A stretch of 64,000 bases of DNA from an uncultured Gammaproteobacteria bacterium. Its GTDB lineage: Bacteria; Pseudomonadota; Gammaproteobacteria; CAWCPV01. The stretch lies in NCBI GenBank assembly GCA_963797555.1, contig CAWCPV010000014.1, positions 384,001 through 448,000 on the forward strand, written 5' to 3'. The notes beneath the pieces were generated by a model. It did no database searches. It saw nothing but the letters and a program-made list of their open reading frames with translations, and was not told the DNA's origin. Positions 28,973 through 40,514 of the stretch are shown piece after piece. The translations under genes and the position numbers were made by a program. The first letter of the stretch is position 1, and every line of letters starts with the position of its first letter.

Positions 28973-31720
28973 ATGGAGGTGAGCCGTCGCGACTTCATGA
29001 AGACCGGCATTGCCGCTGCCACCGCCATGACGGTCGGTTTGGACGTAACGCGGGAAGCCCGCGCCGCCGCCCAGCAAACGGAGGCTGGCTGGCGCTGGGA
29101 CAAGGCCGTCTGCCGGTTCTGCGGGGTGGGCTGCGGCATCATGGTGGCCACCAAGGGTGGAAAGATCGTGGCCACCAAGGGCGACCCAGACGCACCGGTC
29201 AACCGCGGTCTCAACTGCATCAAGGGCTACTTCAACGGCAAGATCCTCTACGGCAAGGACCGGCTGACCCAGCCCCTCATGCGCATGACGGATGGTAAGT
29301 TCGACAAGAAGGGCAAGTTCTTCCCGGTCAACTGGGAGCAGGCATTCGACGAGATGGAGCGGCAGCTCCGCAAGGCTTACCAGGAAAAGGGGCCTGCGGG
29401 AATAGCCATCATCGGCTCTGGACAGTACACGGTCCAGGAGGGCTACGTCGCAGCCAAGCTGATAAAGGCGGGCTTTCGCAGCAACAACATCGACCCCAAC
29501 GCGCGCAACTGCATGGCTTCGGCCGTAGCCGCCTTCATCCAGGCGTTCGGCATCGACGAGCCCGCTGGCAACTATGACGACATAGAGCACACCGATACCG
29601 TAGTGGCTTGGGGCGCCAACATGGCGGAGTGCCATCCCATCATGTGGTCGAGGGTGGCGGATCGGCGGCTCTACCACGACAAGGTGCGCGTGGTGAACAT
29701 CAGCACCTTCCCCAACCAGACCTCCGCCATCGCGGACACCGAGATCATCATCAAGCCCCAGACCGATCTCGCGCTGTGGAACTACATTGCCCGCGAGATC
29801 GTCAAGCGCGACGCGGTCAACTGGGACTTCGTCAACAAGCACTGTGTTTTCGCGACGGGCCCGTATGACATCGGGTTCGGGCTACGTGCCACGGACAAGT
29901 ATGCCTTCCCAGCGGAGCACGACACTCAGGCCAAGGAGCTGGAGGTGGTCCTGACGCGCGAAGAAGCCATCGCCCAGCGCAAGGACCCGGAAAAAGTCTG
30001 GCGGATCAAACAGGAGAACCGCGAGACGGCGGGCAAGCACTGGCTCATCAGTTTCGATGAGTTCAGGAAAGGCGTCGAGCCCTACACCCTGGATTTCGTG
30101 GCGGCACTCGCCAAGGGCAGCCCCGATGAGTCGTTGGAGGAGTTCAAGGGCAAGCTCCGGCATCTCGCGGACCTGTACATCGACCCCAAGCGCAAGGTGG
30201 TCAGCTTCTGGACCATGGGCTTCAACCAGCACAATCGCGGTACCTGGGTCAACGAGCAGGCGTACGCGGTCCACCTGCTGCTCGGCAAGATCGCGCGGCC
30301 GGGAAACAGCCCGTTCTCCAACACCGGCCAGCCTTCGGCCTGCGGCACCGCGCGCGAGGTGGGCACATTCTCGCACCGTCTGCCCGCCGACATGGTGGTG
30401 GACAACCCCAAGCACCGGGAGCGGGCGGAGCACCTCTGGAAGCTCCCGGCCAAGACCATCAATCCCAAGGTGGGCAGCCACATTACCAAGATCATGCGCG
30501 ACTTGGAGGATGGCAGCGTCAAGTGGGCCTGGGTGCAGGTCAACAACCCCTTCCAGCACTGCGCCAACGCCAACCATTGGACCAAGGCGGCCCGGGACAT
30601 GGACAACTTCATCGTGGTGTCCGATTGCTACCCGAGCATTTCCTGCAAGGTGGCCGACCTGATCCTGCCTTCCGCGATGATCTTCGAGAAATGGGGGGCC
30701 TACGGTAACGCCGAGCGGCGCACGCAGGTCTGGCGCCAGCAGGTGGCGGCGCCGGGACAGGCCCGCACCGACGTGTGGCAGGTCCTGGAGTTCTCCAAGC
30801 GATTCAAGCTCAAGGATGTTTGGAGCGAGCAGCCGCTGCCCGGTCTGAAGGAGGCCGGTTTCGAGGACGGAAAGCTTCCCAATGTGTTGGCCGAGGCCGA
30901 GAAGATGGGGTACACGCCGGAGATGACCCTGTACGAGGTCCTGTTCGCCACGCCGGACAACAAGAAGCACAGGTGGCCGGATCCAGTAGCCAAGGGACAC
31001 GACAACGACACGGTCACGGCGCTCGGCGAGGACTGGTTCGTGGAGAAGGCTGTATTCGAGGAGTATGCCCAGTTCGGCCGCGCACACATGCATGACCTGG
31101 CGCCGTTCGACACTTACTACCGAGACGACGTACGGGGGCTAAGGTGGCCGGTGGTGGGCGGCAAGGAGACACCGTGGCGTTTCAACGAGAAGCACGACCC
31201 CTACGTCACCAAGGGAGCCGGCATCGAGTTCTACGGGCCGGCCATGAAGGAGCTCCCGCAGGGCGACCTGGACAAGGTCACGAAGCCCGAGAAGGTGAGC
31301 CTCAGAGGCAAGGCGAAGATATTCTTTCGACCCTATGCGGCGCCGCCGGAGGTCCCGGACCGAAACTATGACCTGTGGCTCTGCACCGGCCGCGTGCTCG
31401 AGCAGTGGCACACCGGCACCATGACCCAGCGCGTGCCTGAGCTCCACCGGGCGGTCCCGACGGCGTTGCTTTACATGCACCCCGACGATGCCAAGGCGCG
31501 GGGGCTGGCCCGGAACCAGGTGGCGTGGATCGAGTCGCGCCGCGGCAAAGTCAAGGCCGTCGTGGAGACGCAGGGCCGCAATCGGCCGCCCAGAGGGTAT
31601 GTGTTCGTGCCCTTCTTCGACGAGGCCGTCTTCATCAACAAGGTCACACTGGACATGACCTGTCCCATCTCGAAGGAAGAGGACTACAAGAAGTGCGCGG
31701 CCAAAGTCTATAGGGCCTGA
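28973..31720 (+). CDS. napA: periplasmic nitrate reductase catalytic subunit (long type, 915 aa)
   Basis: Tat signal [57 protein letters not shown]. Confidence 0.97.
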   Translation: MEVSRRDFMKTGIAAATAMTVGLDVTREARAAAQQTEAGWRWDKAVCRFCGVGCGIMVATKGGKIVATKGDPDAPVNRGLNCIKGYFNGKILYGKDRLTQPLMRMTDGKFDKKGKFFPVNWEQAFDEMERQLRKAYQEKGPAGIAIIGSGQYTVQEGYVAAKLIKAGFRSNNIDPNARNCMASAVAAFIQAFGIDEPAGNYDDIEHTDTVVAWGANMAECHPIMWSRVADRRLYHDKVRVVNISTFPNQTSAIADTEIIIKPQTDLALWNYIAREIVKRDAVNWDFVNKHCVFATGPYDIGFGLRATDKYAFPAEHDTQAKELEVVLTREEAIAQRKDPEKVWRIKQENRETAGKHWLISFDEFRKGVEPYTLDFVAALAKGSPDESLEEFKGKLRHLADLYIDPKRKVVSFWTMGFNQHNRGTWVNEQAYAVHLLLGKIARPGNSPFSNTGQPSACGTAREVGTFSHRLPADMVVDNPKHRERAEHLWKLPAKTINPKVGSHITKIMRDLEDGSVKWAWVQVNNPFQHCANANHWTKAARDMDNFIVVSDCYPSISCKVADLILPSAMIFEKWGAYGNAERRTQVWRQQVAAPGQARTDVWQVLEFSKRFKLKDVWSEQPLPGLKEAGFEDGKLPNVLAEAEKMGYTPEMTLYEVLFATPDNKKHRWPDPVAKGHDNDTVTALGEDWFVEKAVFEEYAQFGRAHMHDLAPFDTYYRDDVRGLRWPVVGGKETPWRFNEKHDPYVTKGAGIEFYGPAMKELPQGDLDKVTKPEKVSLRGKAKIFFRPYAAPPEVPDRNYDLWLCTGRVLEQWHTGTMTQRVPELHRAVPTALLYMHPDDAKARGLARNQVAWIESRRGKVKAVVETQGRNRPPRGYVFVPFFDEAVFINKVTLDMTCPISKEEDYKKCAAKVYRA

Positions 31721-31788
31721 CCGCGTCACTGCTTCAGGGGGTGCGGGGGCGCTGGCCCGCCACCCGCACGACCAGGAGAGTTTGGACC

Positions 31789-32190
31789 TTGTCCCAGCAC
31801 TCGCGCCGTGAGTTCCTCCCGAGGGCGGCCTGCGTGTCCACCCTGGCCCCTGTCGGCGGCGGGCTTTGGTCCTCTCTCTTGGAGGAACAGGCCCGACCAG
31901 TCCGTTTGCCTTGCGCCCGCCAAGCTCTCTGGCAGAGGGCGGTTTCAGCGCCGTTTGCATCAAGTCATCGACATCGAGAACTGCCCCTCTTGGCGGTGCC
32001 CGCGCTGCGAGAGCTCCCACGGGGCCCGTCCTCGTACGCCGGTGTGCCTCGGAGGGGCGCTTCGCTTCGACTGGCGGCTGTGCATTGGAGTGGGCCAGTA
32101 TCGACGCCCCGGTATGCATACGCGGCCGAGCGGACCGGCAGGCATCACGGCCCATGGCCTGAAACCCTTTGCAGGCAGTTACTACGCTAC
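31789..32190 (+). pseudogene. napG: napG(/napH)-like ferredoxin remnant
   Basis: Tat-like SRREFL...GGGLWSSLL, then scattered Cys fragments in different frames, only ~0.4 kb between napA and napB. Confidence 0.55.
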
Positions 32191-32206
32191 GAACGGAGGA
32201 GACAGC

Positions 32207-32686
32207 ATGAAGAGTAGCCGGCGTGTCGCATTTCTGGCTTCGCTTCTCGGCCTCACTTTGACCGCTGGTGCATGGTCGGCGCAGGCCATAGACCCCAACG
32301 ACCTCGGCTTGGTCAAGGGCGGCGTGTTCGACACGCCGTCACCGAAACCCTTCACATACAACGAAGCCTCTCCTGGTCAGGCTGCTCCGCTGCCGCGGGC
32401 CTACAGGGGAGCACCGCCGCAGATTCCCCACGACATCCAGGCATTCCTTCCGATCACGGCCAAGAGCAATGCTTGCCTGAGCTGCCATGACCAGCCCGCC
32501 CTGCGCGGCAAGAAGGCGCCCGGCGTCGCGACCCCCATGCCGGTAAGTCATTATCTGGGCGTCCGAACGCAGTCACACGAGGTCGAGAAGCACGTGGACG
32601 GCAGCCGCTTTCTTTGCGGCCAATGTCACGCAGCGCAAGCAAAGGTCGAGCCGCTGGTTCCGAACACTTTCGCCGGCGGGCAGTGA
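32207..32686 (+). CDS. napB: nitrate reductase dihaem cytochrome c subunit
   Basis: GGAGGA RBS, signal peptide, APPQIPH, CLSCH, P.SHY, RFLCGQCH, PLV.NTF. Confidence 0.93.
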   Translation: MKSSRRVAFLASLLGLTLTAGAWSAQAIDPNDLGLVKGGVFDTPSPKPFTYNEASPGQAAPLPRAYRGAPPQIPHDIQAFLPITAKSNACLSCHDQPALRGKKAPGVATPMPVSHYLGVRTQSHEVEKHVDGSRFLCGQCHAAQAKVEPLVPNTFAGGQ

Positions 32687-32914
32687 GTCGGGCCACATGC
32701 GTCCGGAAAGGCACGCCTTCCTGGGCGGCAGCTTCCTGGCGCGGGACGGCCCCAACCGGCGCGCCCACACGCAGCGGACAGGGGGGCCGGTATCAGCCGA
32801 GGTCGACCAGGGGGCCCTGGCCGGCCCGAGGCCGCCGGGCCAGCGCCCTCAAGGCAGTTTCCCCCCCGGCCGGGCCTCTGGCATCGGATCGCGTGGCCTG
32901 CCAAGTATTGAATC

Positions 32915-33058
32915 ATCCTAAAAACCGCAGTTGGACCGTATGTATCTGATTTATCAAGAACTGCTCCAACTGCTCCGCATCTAGCGTTTTCGCGCTGGAA
33001 GCCGCGCCAACATAAGGCTTTCAGCTCAATTTCGAAGAACAACTGCGTCTTTTAGGAT
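32915..33058. mobile_element. MITE family B (~144 bp)
   Basis: IRs ATCCTAAAAACCGCAGTTG / CAACTGCGTCTTTTAGGAT (17/19), AT-rich interior. Confidence 0.7.
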
Positions 33059-33495
33059 CATCGGGTCAGCATGCTCTGGCGCCGATACGCCAGGTAGTCG
33101 CCCCGGCGGACGCGAGGCCGGAAACGAATCGGCCGGTTATAAACGTATACCCAGCCGGACACTGCCCGCGCTGCCGGCAGCAGATAGACGACAGTGCGCC
33201 GACGCAGGAATTCGCTTGCGCCAGGCTGTGTCGGACGATACCCCTCATAAGAGTCCAGTGCGGCCAATGCGCGCGTCGGGCGCAGGAGCCGATAGACTAT
33301 CCCATAGACCTTGGACAAAGCGCGCCGCGTGCACGGCATGCCTGGGTAGTCACCCATATCGAACAGCTCTCCGTAAGCGAAAGCGGGCCCCACCCGCATG
33401 CAGCAGGAGGCAAGAACCCGGTCGCTGCGGCGGTCGCCGGTCCCGCTTATAAGCGTTCCGTAGGCGAACAAATATTGGGGCCCCACGAAGGGCAT
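33058..33495 (-). CDS. gamma-glutamylcyclotransferase family protein
   Basis: LFAYGTL, YPG, LDSYEG, WVYVY. Confidence 0.85.
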   Translation of the reverse strand: MPFVGPQYLFAYGTLISGTGDRRSDRVLASCCMRVGPAFAYGELFDMGDYPGMPCTRRALSKVYGIVYRLLRPTRALAALDSYEGYRPTQPGASEFLRRRTVVYLLPAARAVSGWVYVYNRPIRFRPRVRRGDYLAYRRQSMLTR

Positions 33496-33532
33496 CAGAG
33501 CATGGCGGGACCCGGCCGCGAGCAAGAGCGTA

Positions 33533-34018
33533 TCAGAACCTGCGTTCTTGGCCACGAAGCAGATCGGGGCGCAGCATCCACACCAGGGTCCAGCGAGAAG
33601 CCACTTCCGTCTTTTCCAGACACACCGCCGTCCCCGTGGAGAAAGCCGCGATGTCCGCGTCGTCTCGACCCGTCACCAACCGCGACAACAGCGCTCCAAG
33701 CAGAGGCATGTGGCCGACCACCAACTTGTCCTGACCCCATCCCGCAACCTGCCGAAACAATGGCTCCACTGGATCGAGGGGGTTCAGGCCCTGCAGCAGT
33801 TGCACCTCCCGCCCGGGTGACACCACAGCAGCCAGTAGCTTCGCCGTCTGGCTCGCCCGCGTCTTGCCGCTGTGCACCACGCAACTCACCTGGATGGCGC
33901 ACGCACGCAGCAAGTCCGCCAAGCGCACCACATGCTGCCGCCCCTGGTCACTCAGCGGTCGGTCTGCGTCGATCTCCTCGGGCAGTGCCTCCCCGTGCTG
34001 CACCAAATAGAGCTTCAC
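33533..34018 (-). CDS. sixA: phosphohistidine phosphatase
   Basis: MKLYLVQHGEA...RPLS..G, HS...RA.QTA, VVGHMP. Confidence 0.88.
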   Translation of the reverse strand: MKLYLVQHGEALPEEIDADRPLSDQGRQHVVRLADLLRACAIQVSCVVHSGKTRASQTAKLLAAVVSPGREVQLLQGLNPLDPVEPLFRQVAGWGQDKLVVGHMPLLGALLSRLVTGRDDADIAAFSTGTAVCLEKTEVASRWTLVWMLRPDLLRGQERRF

Positions 34019-34379
34019 GATTCCTTCCTGCGGGAAGCTCCCGCGGTTGGCACCGGTCCAGCCGCAGTGCCGTGGCTCCCCGTACTCGAGGGCATCTGGT
34101 CGCCTGTTACCTAGGCAGGTTGCGGACGGCCTCAGCGCTCGGGCGGCAGCAGCCGGTCGCGGGACGCTCCGTCCCCAGAAGAAAGCGGGCGCACCAAGAG
34201 CCCTGCAGACGCAGCCAAGACGTTCTGGGCGGACCGAAAAGCGGGGCGAACTCGCCACAGGCCGCTGCGGCGCCACGAGGCGGAGCTTCACCTCGTCCAA
34301 GTGCAACCAGGCGGCCGGGCTCCCAGCCCTCATGCCCTCAGCCGACGGTAAACCCACGGTCATATGCCTTGATTGTCCG

Positions 34380-35513
34380 CTACTTGAGCTGCTCGTACAG
34401 CACACCGAGGATACTGTCCGCGGTCTTGCTGTTGTCCTCGTTCCCGGCCTTGTCCAGCACGGATACCCGCGTCGTGTCCTGGTCGCCGCGCAACCTTATC
34501 AAGTACTCGTCGCTCTTCGTGCCGTTGCCACGCTGCCAGAACGCCAGCTTCGACAGGAATCCCTTCTTCTCCCCCTGGCCGGGCCCCTTATAGCGCACGT
34601 AATACAGACCCCTGGAGCGATCCCGGTCCTCGAGAGTGAATCCGGCGCGATCCAGGGCCACACCCGTCCGACGCCACGCGCGCGAGAAGTCCTCGCTGAG
34701 CGTGATGAAAACGCGCCCACCGCTTTCCCGTGTCAGCCGCGCGCGCTGCTGCTGACTCTTCCCTTCCGCCAGCAGGGAGCGGGCTTTCTGCTCCTGCACA
34801 CCGAGGAACACCATCAGGCGTTGCAGCATCTCCGCCTCCAGTTCCGGATCGCTAGGGCGGGCTTGCCATAATGTACTGTCCCCCTGGACGACCTCTTCCA
34901 TGCCGCGGTGGCTCAGGTACAGCTCCGTCGTCCCGGGTGTCTTGCCTCGTTCCAGACGCACCCGGTACTTGTCACGGGTCGCGGCCGAATATACCTGTTC
35001 CAAGACCTTGCCCAGGAGCTTGCGCATGTAGCCCTGAGGGATATCGGCACGGTTTTCGGCCCAGTCCGTCTCCATGATCCCTATGGCTGGGTTCTCGACC
35101 TTGATGGTCAACCCGTTCTTGACGAAAAACTCCCGCACTTCCGGCCAGACCACGTCCGGCGGCTGGGGAATGAGCAGCCAACGCAGGTCGCCTTCGTGCT
35201 CGACCCGGATGCCGGCCATCTGTGAGGGAGCTGTCGCCGGCCGCGGGCCCTGCTCGCCGCGGGGCTGCTCCTTGAACTGCGAATAGGTGGCACCGCCTTT
35301 CGCCGCAGCTTCGGGTATGAGCGTTCCGGTGTCCTCCGGGGGGGAAGCAAGGTCCGGCGGCACTTCCAACGGCGGTAGGGAACGGGCGCTCTTGTACTCC
35401 ACCTGCTTGTCGCCCACGACCTGGTCTATGTTGCGGATCGCGCTGCACCCTGCGATACCCCCGAGGACGTGGCACGCGGCAAGCAAGAAGAAAAAATGCC
35501 TCATCTTTCCCAT
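34380..35513 (-). CDS. bamC: outer membrane assembly lipoprotein BamC (NlpB/DapX)
   Basis: Lipobox [39 protein letters not shown]; follows dapA. Confidence 0.88.
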   Translation of the reverse strand: MGKMRHFFFLLAACHVLGGIAGCSAIRNIDQVVGDKQVEYKSARSLPPLEVPPDLASPPEDTGTLIPEAAAKGGATYSQFKEQPRGEQGPRPATAPSQMAGIRVEHEGDLRWLLIPQPPDVVWPEVREFFVKNGLTIKVENPAIGIMETDWAENRADIPQGYMRKLLGKVLEQVYSAATRDKYRVRLERGKTPGTTELYLSHRGMEEVVQGDSTLWQARPSDPELEAEMLQRLMVFLGVQEQKARSLLAEGKSQQQRARLTRESGGRVFITLSEDFSRAWRRTGVALDRAGFTLEDRDRSRGLYYVRYKGPGQGEKKGFLSKLAFWQRGNGTKSDEYLIRLRGDQDTTRVSVLDKAGNEDNSKTADSILGVLYEQLK

Positions 35514-35521
35514 GACGGTAA

Positions 35522-36410
35522 TCAACCCTCGAACTTGGTAACCCGCGCTTGGCGCATGGCATCCCTGACAGCCTCGTGGTGCCAGGCTGAGAGTGGGGTC
35601 AACGGCAGGCGGATTCCCGGCGGAATGAGCCCCATCTCGTACAAGGCCCACTTGACCGGAATGGGGTTCGACTCGACGAATAGCGTTCGGTGCAATGCCT
35701 CCAATGAGGCGTTTATCTCCTGCGCACGCTCGCGTTCGCCGCGCACTGCGGCCGCGCACATGTCCCGCATGGCGTGTGGAGCAACATTGGCGGTGACCGA
35801 AATCACCCCCCTGCCCCCCGCCAACATGAGATCCAGGGCGGTGGCGTCGTCCCCGCTGTAGACGTTCGAGCCGATCGCCACAGCGCTCCATGATCTGCCG
35901 GGCACGATCCACGTTGCCCGTAGCCTCCTTGATACCGACGATGTTGGGGATGGCCGCCAAGCGCTCCACGGTTTCCGGCTGCAAGTCGCAGGCGGTGCGT
36001 CCGGGAACGTTATAGAGGATTTGGGGTATCGGAACGGTCTCGGCGATCGCCTTGTAGTGCTGGTAAAGCCCCTCCTGCGTGGGCCTGTTGTAGTAGGGCA
36101 CCACCAGTAGGCAGGCGTCCGCCCCCGCACGCATTGCGCACCGGGTCAAGCGGATGGCCTCAGCGGTAGCGTTGGAGCCAGTCCCGGCGATGACGGGAAG
36201 CCGTCCATCCGCCAGTTGCACTACCCGGCGGATGATCTCGCAATGCTCGTGCTCATCCACTGTAGGCGACTCGCCGGTGGTGCCCACCACCACCAGGGCG
36301 TCTGTGCCATTGGCGACATGAAACTCGACGAGCCCTTGCAGGGCGATGTAGTCGAGGGCCCCGTCCGCCCGCATCGGGGTGACCAGGGCGACCATACTTC
36401 CGTGAAACAT
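35522..36410 (-). CDS. dapA: 4-hydroxy-tetrahydrodipicolinate synthase (extra base near 35865)
   Basis: GTTGES, PYYN, YNVPGRT, GIKEA in one frame; YSGDD, ISVTAN, NPIPVK in the other. Confidence 0.93.
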
Positions 36411-36624
36411 AGCGCCTCTAAACTCCAAAAAAACGTCGTTGAATGTCACCTGCCAGTAGGAAACGCATCGACGCAAGCCCTGGCCTGTTATCTGTTGGGG
36501 TCGTCCATAAGGAGCCCGATTCTACGCCATCCTCAGTCGGCCGGGGAACGTTGCCCCGGCGGTTACAACGTTACAGCCTCGACCCGAGTTCAAGCGGGCC
36601 GCGTCATCCTCTCGTCCACGCCGG

Positions 36625-37422
36625 CTAGACGGGAACCTCGACAGCGGGAAGCCGGAATAGGCTCAAGTAGTTGTGCGTGGTCGCCGCACCGAGATCCTGC
36701 ACCGTCAAGCCCCTCAGCTCAGCCAAGTGCTCGGCGACGTGGCGCAAGTAGGCGGGCTGGTTTGTCCTGCCCCGATGCGGGACCGGGGCCAGATAGGGTG
36801 AATCGGTCTCCACCAGCATGCGCTCCAACGGCACACGTCGCGCCACGTCTCTGATGTCTTCGGCCTTGTTGAACGTCAGAATTCCGGAAAAGGAGATGCA
36901 GAACCCGAGATCCATGGCCTGCTGCGCGCTCGCCCAGTCCTCAGTGAAGCAATGCATCACACCCCCAATCTCCTGGGCGCGTTCCTCCCGCAGGATGCGC
37001 AACGTATCCGCACAAGCCTGGCGGGTGTGCACGATGAGCGGCTTTCCCGCAAGGCGGGCCGCGCGGATGTGGCGCCGAAAACGTTCCTGCTGGAGTTCGG
37101 GCTCGATACCGTGACGGTAATAATCCAGTCCCGTCTCCCCGAGCGCCACGACCTCAGGAGTGGCGGCCAGAGCGGCGAGCTGCTCGACCGAGGGTTCCAT
37201 GTGGCTGCGCACGTTAGGGTGCGCGCCGACCGAAGCCGCGACGCTCGGGTAACGACGCGCCAGCGCGACCACTTCGGGAAAGGTCTCCAGGTCCACCGAC
37301 ACGCACAGCATATGCGCGACACCTGCAGCACGAGCACACTCGACCACCCCGTCCACATCGGTGTCCAGGGCGTTCCAATCGAGCAGGTTTAGGTGACAGT
37401 GAGAATCGCTCAGCACGAGCAT
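36625..37422 (-). CDS. TatD family nuclease (YcfH-like)
   Basis: DSHCHL, GETGLDY, HTR, HCF, ETDSPYLAP. Confidence 0.93.
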   Translation of the reverse strand: MLVLSDSHCHLNLLDWNALDTDVDGVVECARAAGVAHMLCVSVDLETFPEVVALARRYPSVAASVGAHPNVRSHMEPSVEQLAALAATPEVVALGETGLDYYRHGIEPELQQERFRRHIRAARLAGKPLIVHTRQACADTLRILREERAQEIGGVMHCFTEDWASAQQAMDLGFCISFSGILTFNKAEDIRDVARRVPLERMLVETDSPYLAPVPHRGRTNQPAYLRHVAEHLAELRGLTVQDLGAATTHNYLSLFRLPAVEVPV

Positions 37423-37479
37423 CACAACATGTGGAGACCTAGTGACCACCCGTCGGACTGAACGCGGGTAGGAAGGCGG

Positions 37480-37839
37480 TTACATGGTGTAAGTCACGCG
37501 GTCCGACTGTAGCAAACCAGCGAGGTAGGTCTCAATCTTGTTGCGGGCGTGCCCCTTGTCAATATCGCTAAACTGGACTCCGACCCCGGGCACACGGTTC
37601 CCCTGGGCCCCGGGCGGCGTCACCCACACGACACGTCCGGCGACCGGCAGCTTTTCCGGCTCATCCATGAAAGTCAACACCATGAAGATATCGTCGCCCA
37701 GGCTGTAGGACTTGGTGGTCGGAATGAACAAGCCGCCGTTCTTGAGGTACGGCATGTAGGCAGCATACAGATCGTTCTTGCTCTTGATATTGAGGGACAA
37801 AATGCCCTGCCTCGGAGTAGTCGGATGGTCTGGCGGCAC
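37480..37839 (-). CDS. pilZ: type IV pilus assembly protein PilZ
   Basis: LYAAYMPYLKNGGLFIPT, VVWVTP.GAQ; holB-pilZ-tatD order. Confidence 0.93.
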   Translation of the reverse strand: MPPDHPTTPRQGILSLNIKSKNDLYAAYMPYLKNGGLFIPTTKSYSLGDDIFMVLTFMDEPEKLPVAGRVVWVTPPGAQGNRVPGVGVQFSDIDKGHARNKIETYLAGLLQSDRVTYTM

Positions 37840-37853
37840 GGCTCAGGCCTCAC

Positions 37854-38852
37854 TCATGTCCGTTTGTGCATGCCCGCCCAGTCCACCAGCAGGTCTTCCA
37901 AGAGTAACTGACCGTTGACGTTGGCACGACTGAGGACCACCTCCAGTGCGCGCGTAACTCGCTCCCGCCGGGCGTGCAACACCTCCGTTGGTAGAGCGCC
38001 ACCGATGTCTCGCAATGGCTCCCTGAGATCCGGGTTCTCCAGCCGCGGCGGCTGAGCCACAAACGTCAAGCGTATCATATCGCGAACCCACGCCGCCATC
38101 CAGCGCAGCGCCACCTCAACGCCCACGCTGGTCCACTCCTTGCTGACGGCACACGGATCGTCGCCGCCCCGAACGACCTCGTGGAACCGGGAGAACAACG
38201 CCAAGCGCTGTTTAGCGGCGCCCGTCCGCGCCAGCTCCAGGGCGGCGAGGGGAGCACCGGCGGTCAGCGCGAGGAGCAGCCCTGCATCGGCCTGCGGAGC
38301 CCGCTCGGATAGCCACGCTTGCGCCGCAGCCCCCGCGTGATGGCCGAACCACAGCCGCTGACAGCGACTGCGCACCGTCGCAGGCAGCCTGCTGGGCTGG
38401 CCGCTAACCAGCACCAGGAACGAACGCGGCGGTGGCTCCTCCAACGTCTTCAGCAGGCTGTTGGCGGCGGCCGCGTTCATCTCGTGGGCGGGTGCAATGA
38501 TCCCCACCTTGTACCCCGCACTCGTCAACGCCATGAAGTTGCAAAGCGCGCGCGCCTGATCGATCCGGATGACCTTACCTGGCTCCTCCGGCGCCACTTC
38601 GCGCATGTCAGGGTGACTGCCGGCACGGTAAGTGAGGCAGGATGAGCATTCCTGGCACGGCTCCCCGTGCGGCGCGGGATGTGCGCAACACAAGGACTGC
38701 CCGAGCAGTTTGGCAAAATGAAGCTTTCCCATGCCTGGTGGACCGTGAAACAGCAACGCATGGGGCAGTCTTCCGCTGCCATGCCAGTCCATCACGGATC
38801 GCCATTGTGGTGCATGCCACGGCAATAGGCCGGGGGGTAGCGGCTCAGCCAT
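37854..38852 (-). CDS. holB: DNA polymerase III subunit delta'
   Basis: HALLFHGPPGMGK, Zn-binding Cys motif, HPD, AANSLLKTLEEP, TVRSRC. Confidence 0.95.
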   Translation of the reverse strand: MAEPLPPGLLPWHAPQWRSVMDWHGSGRLPHALLFHGPPGMGKLHFAKLLGQSLCCAHPAPHGEPCQECSSCLTYRAGSHPDMREVAPEEPGKVIRIDQARALCNFMALTSAGYKVGIIAPAHEMNAAAANSLLKTLEEPPPRSFLVLVSGQPSRLPATVRSRCQRLWFGHHAGAAAQAWLSERAPQADAGLLLALTAGAPLAALELARTGAAKQRLALFSRFHEVVRGGDDPCAVSKEWTSVGVEVALRWMAAWVRDMIRLTFVAQPPRLENPDLREPLRDIGGALPTEVLHARRERVTRALEVVLSRANVNGQLLLEDLLVDWAGMHKRT

Positions 38853-39477
38853 GACTCGTCGAGACAAACTGCTCCAGCACCCGCCCCACCTGGACCTGAA
38901 CCTTCTCCAAAGGGGGAGCCGCATCGACGACCCGGTAGCGTGTCGGCTGTGTGCGCGCAAGGGCCAGATACGTCTCGCGTACACGCTCGAAGAATGCCAC
39001 CTCCTCAACCTCGAAGCGGTCGGCACTGGCGCGTTGACGGGCCCGCGCGAGTCCCAGCGACACGGGGACATCCAAGATCAGCGTCAGATCGGGCCTGAAG
39101 TCTCCTTGCACCCACTCCTCGATCGCCGCCACCCGAGCCAGGGCGACACCACGGCCCCCCCCTTGGTAGGCATAGGTCGCGTCCGTGAATCGGTCCGACA
39201 CCACCCAGACCCCGTCCCGCAGGGCCGGACGAATGACCTCTTGCAGGTGAGCCGCGCGGGCCGCAAACATCAGCAAAAGCTCGGTATCGAGGTTCATCGT
39301 CTCGGCCCGGTGTTTCAGCAACAGGGTCCGAATCTCCTCGCCCACCGACGTACCCCCCGGCTCGCGGGTCATGCGTACCGGCAGTCCCATGGCACCGAGA
39401 AAACGACGCAGGGTCGGTAGGATACTCGTCTTACCCGCACCTTCGATGCCCTCGACGGTGATCAGTCGTCCCCTCAT
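38845..39477 (-). CDS. tmk: thymidylate kinase
   Basis: EGIEGAGKT, TREPGG, DRFTDATYAYQG. Confidence 0.96.
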   Translation of the reverse strand: MRGRLITVEGIEGAGKTSILPTLRRFLGAMGLPVRMTREPGGTSVGEEIRTLLLKHRAETMNLDTELLLMFAARAAHLQEVIRPALRDGVWVVSDRFTDATYAYQGGGRGVALARVAAIEEWVQGDFRPDLTLILDVPVSLGLARARQRASADRFEVEEVAFFERVRETYLALARTQPTRYRVVDAAPPLEKVQVQVGRVLEQFVSTSHG

Positions 39478-40482
39478 TGAGCCCCACTGTCCTTCCAAAG
39501 TTGATAGCGGCGCACGGCCTGGTTGTGCTGCTCGAGGGTCTCCGAGAACTCGTGACTGCCGTCCCCACGCGCAACGAAATACATGGCCTTGCCCTCCCCA
39601 GGATGCAGCACGCCGCGTAATGCCGCGACGCCCGGCATCGCGATGGGCGTTGGGGGCAGTCCCTGGTGGACGTAGGTATTGTAGGGGGTCTCCGCCCGAA
39701 GATCTCCACGCCTGAGACTGCCGTCGAATCGCCCGTCTAGGCCGTAGATTACCGTCGGGTCGGCCTGCAGGGGGATACCGCGCTTGAGTCGTCGGACGAA
39801 CACCCCAGCCACCCTCTCCCGTTCACTCGGACGCGCGGCCTCCCGCTCTACGATCGAGGCCAGAATCAGAGCCTGGTAAGGGGTCTTGTAGGGCAGCCCG
39901 GATTCGCGCCTCGCCCACTGCGTTGCCAGGCACCGTTCCATGGCGTCAAAGGCGCGGCCTAGCACGGCGATGTCTTTCGTTCCGCGGGTAACGAAGTAGC
40001 TGTTCGGTATGAACCGACCCTCGGACAGCAAACCGGGGTGTCCCAGGCGGACCATCACCGCCGCCCCATCCAGCCGGCCCAGGGTGTGCTCCAGATAGTC
40101 TGCACTCTGCAATGCGTGCAACAACTGCCCGAAGGTCCAGCCCTCGACCAGGGTGAAAGCATGCTGCATTACCTTTCCGTATGAAACGCTCCAGCAGATC
40201 CAACGCGGTGGTACCGGGTGCGAACTCGTACTCTCCTGCTTGTATCCGAGTGTCTATCCCGCGCAGCCGCGCGAGCAAGATCCAGTAGCGCGGGCGCGTC
40301 ACCACCCCGCGCTGCGCCAAGTCGTGGGCCACTGCCGACAGGCTCCTGCCCGCAGGGATGACATAGGGCATCGGCCCGGAGAGCCGCACGGGCGCGTTGG
40401 CGAAGTCCCAGAGGTCCAATGCCATCAGCACCACTGCCAGGACGAGCACCAAGCCAGCCAGGGCCGCGAAACGTAGTCGCAT
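39474..40482 (-). CDS. mltG: endolytic transglycosylase (frameshift near 40178)
   Basis: IQAGEY in one frame; LVEGW, LASIVERE, LQADPTVIYG, PYNTY, GLPPTPI in the other. Confidence 0.9.
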
Positions 40483-40514
40483 CCATCAAGCCTTCGGCGG
40501 CGACGGCCGCAAGT

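Noticed and set aside
34380-36476. 698-aa DapA-BamC fusion ORF
   Set aside because: Created by one extra base in dapA; the DapA C-terminus continues in another frame, and BamC has its own lipoprotein signal.
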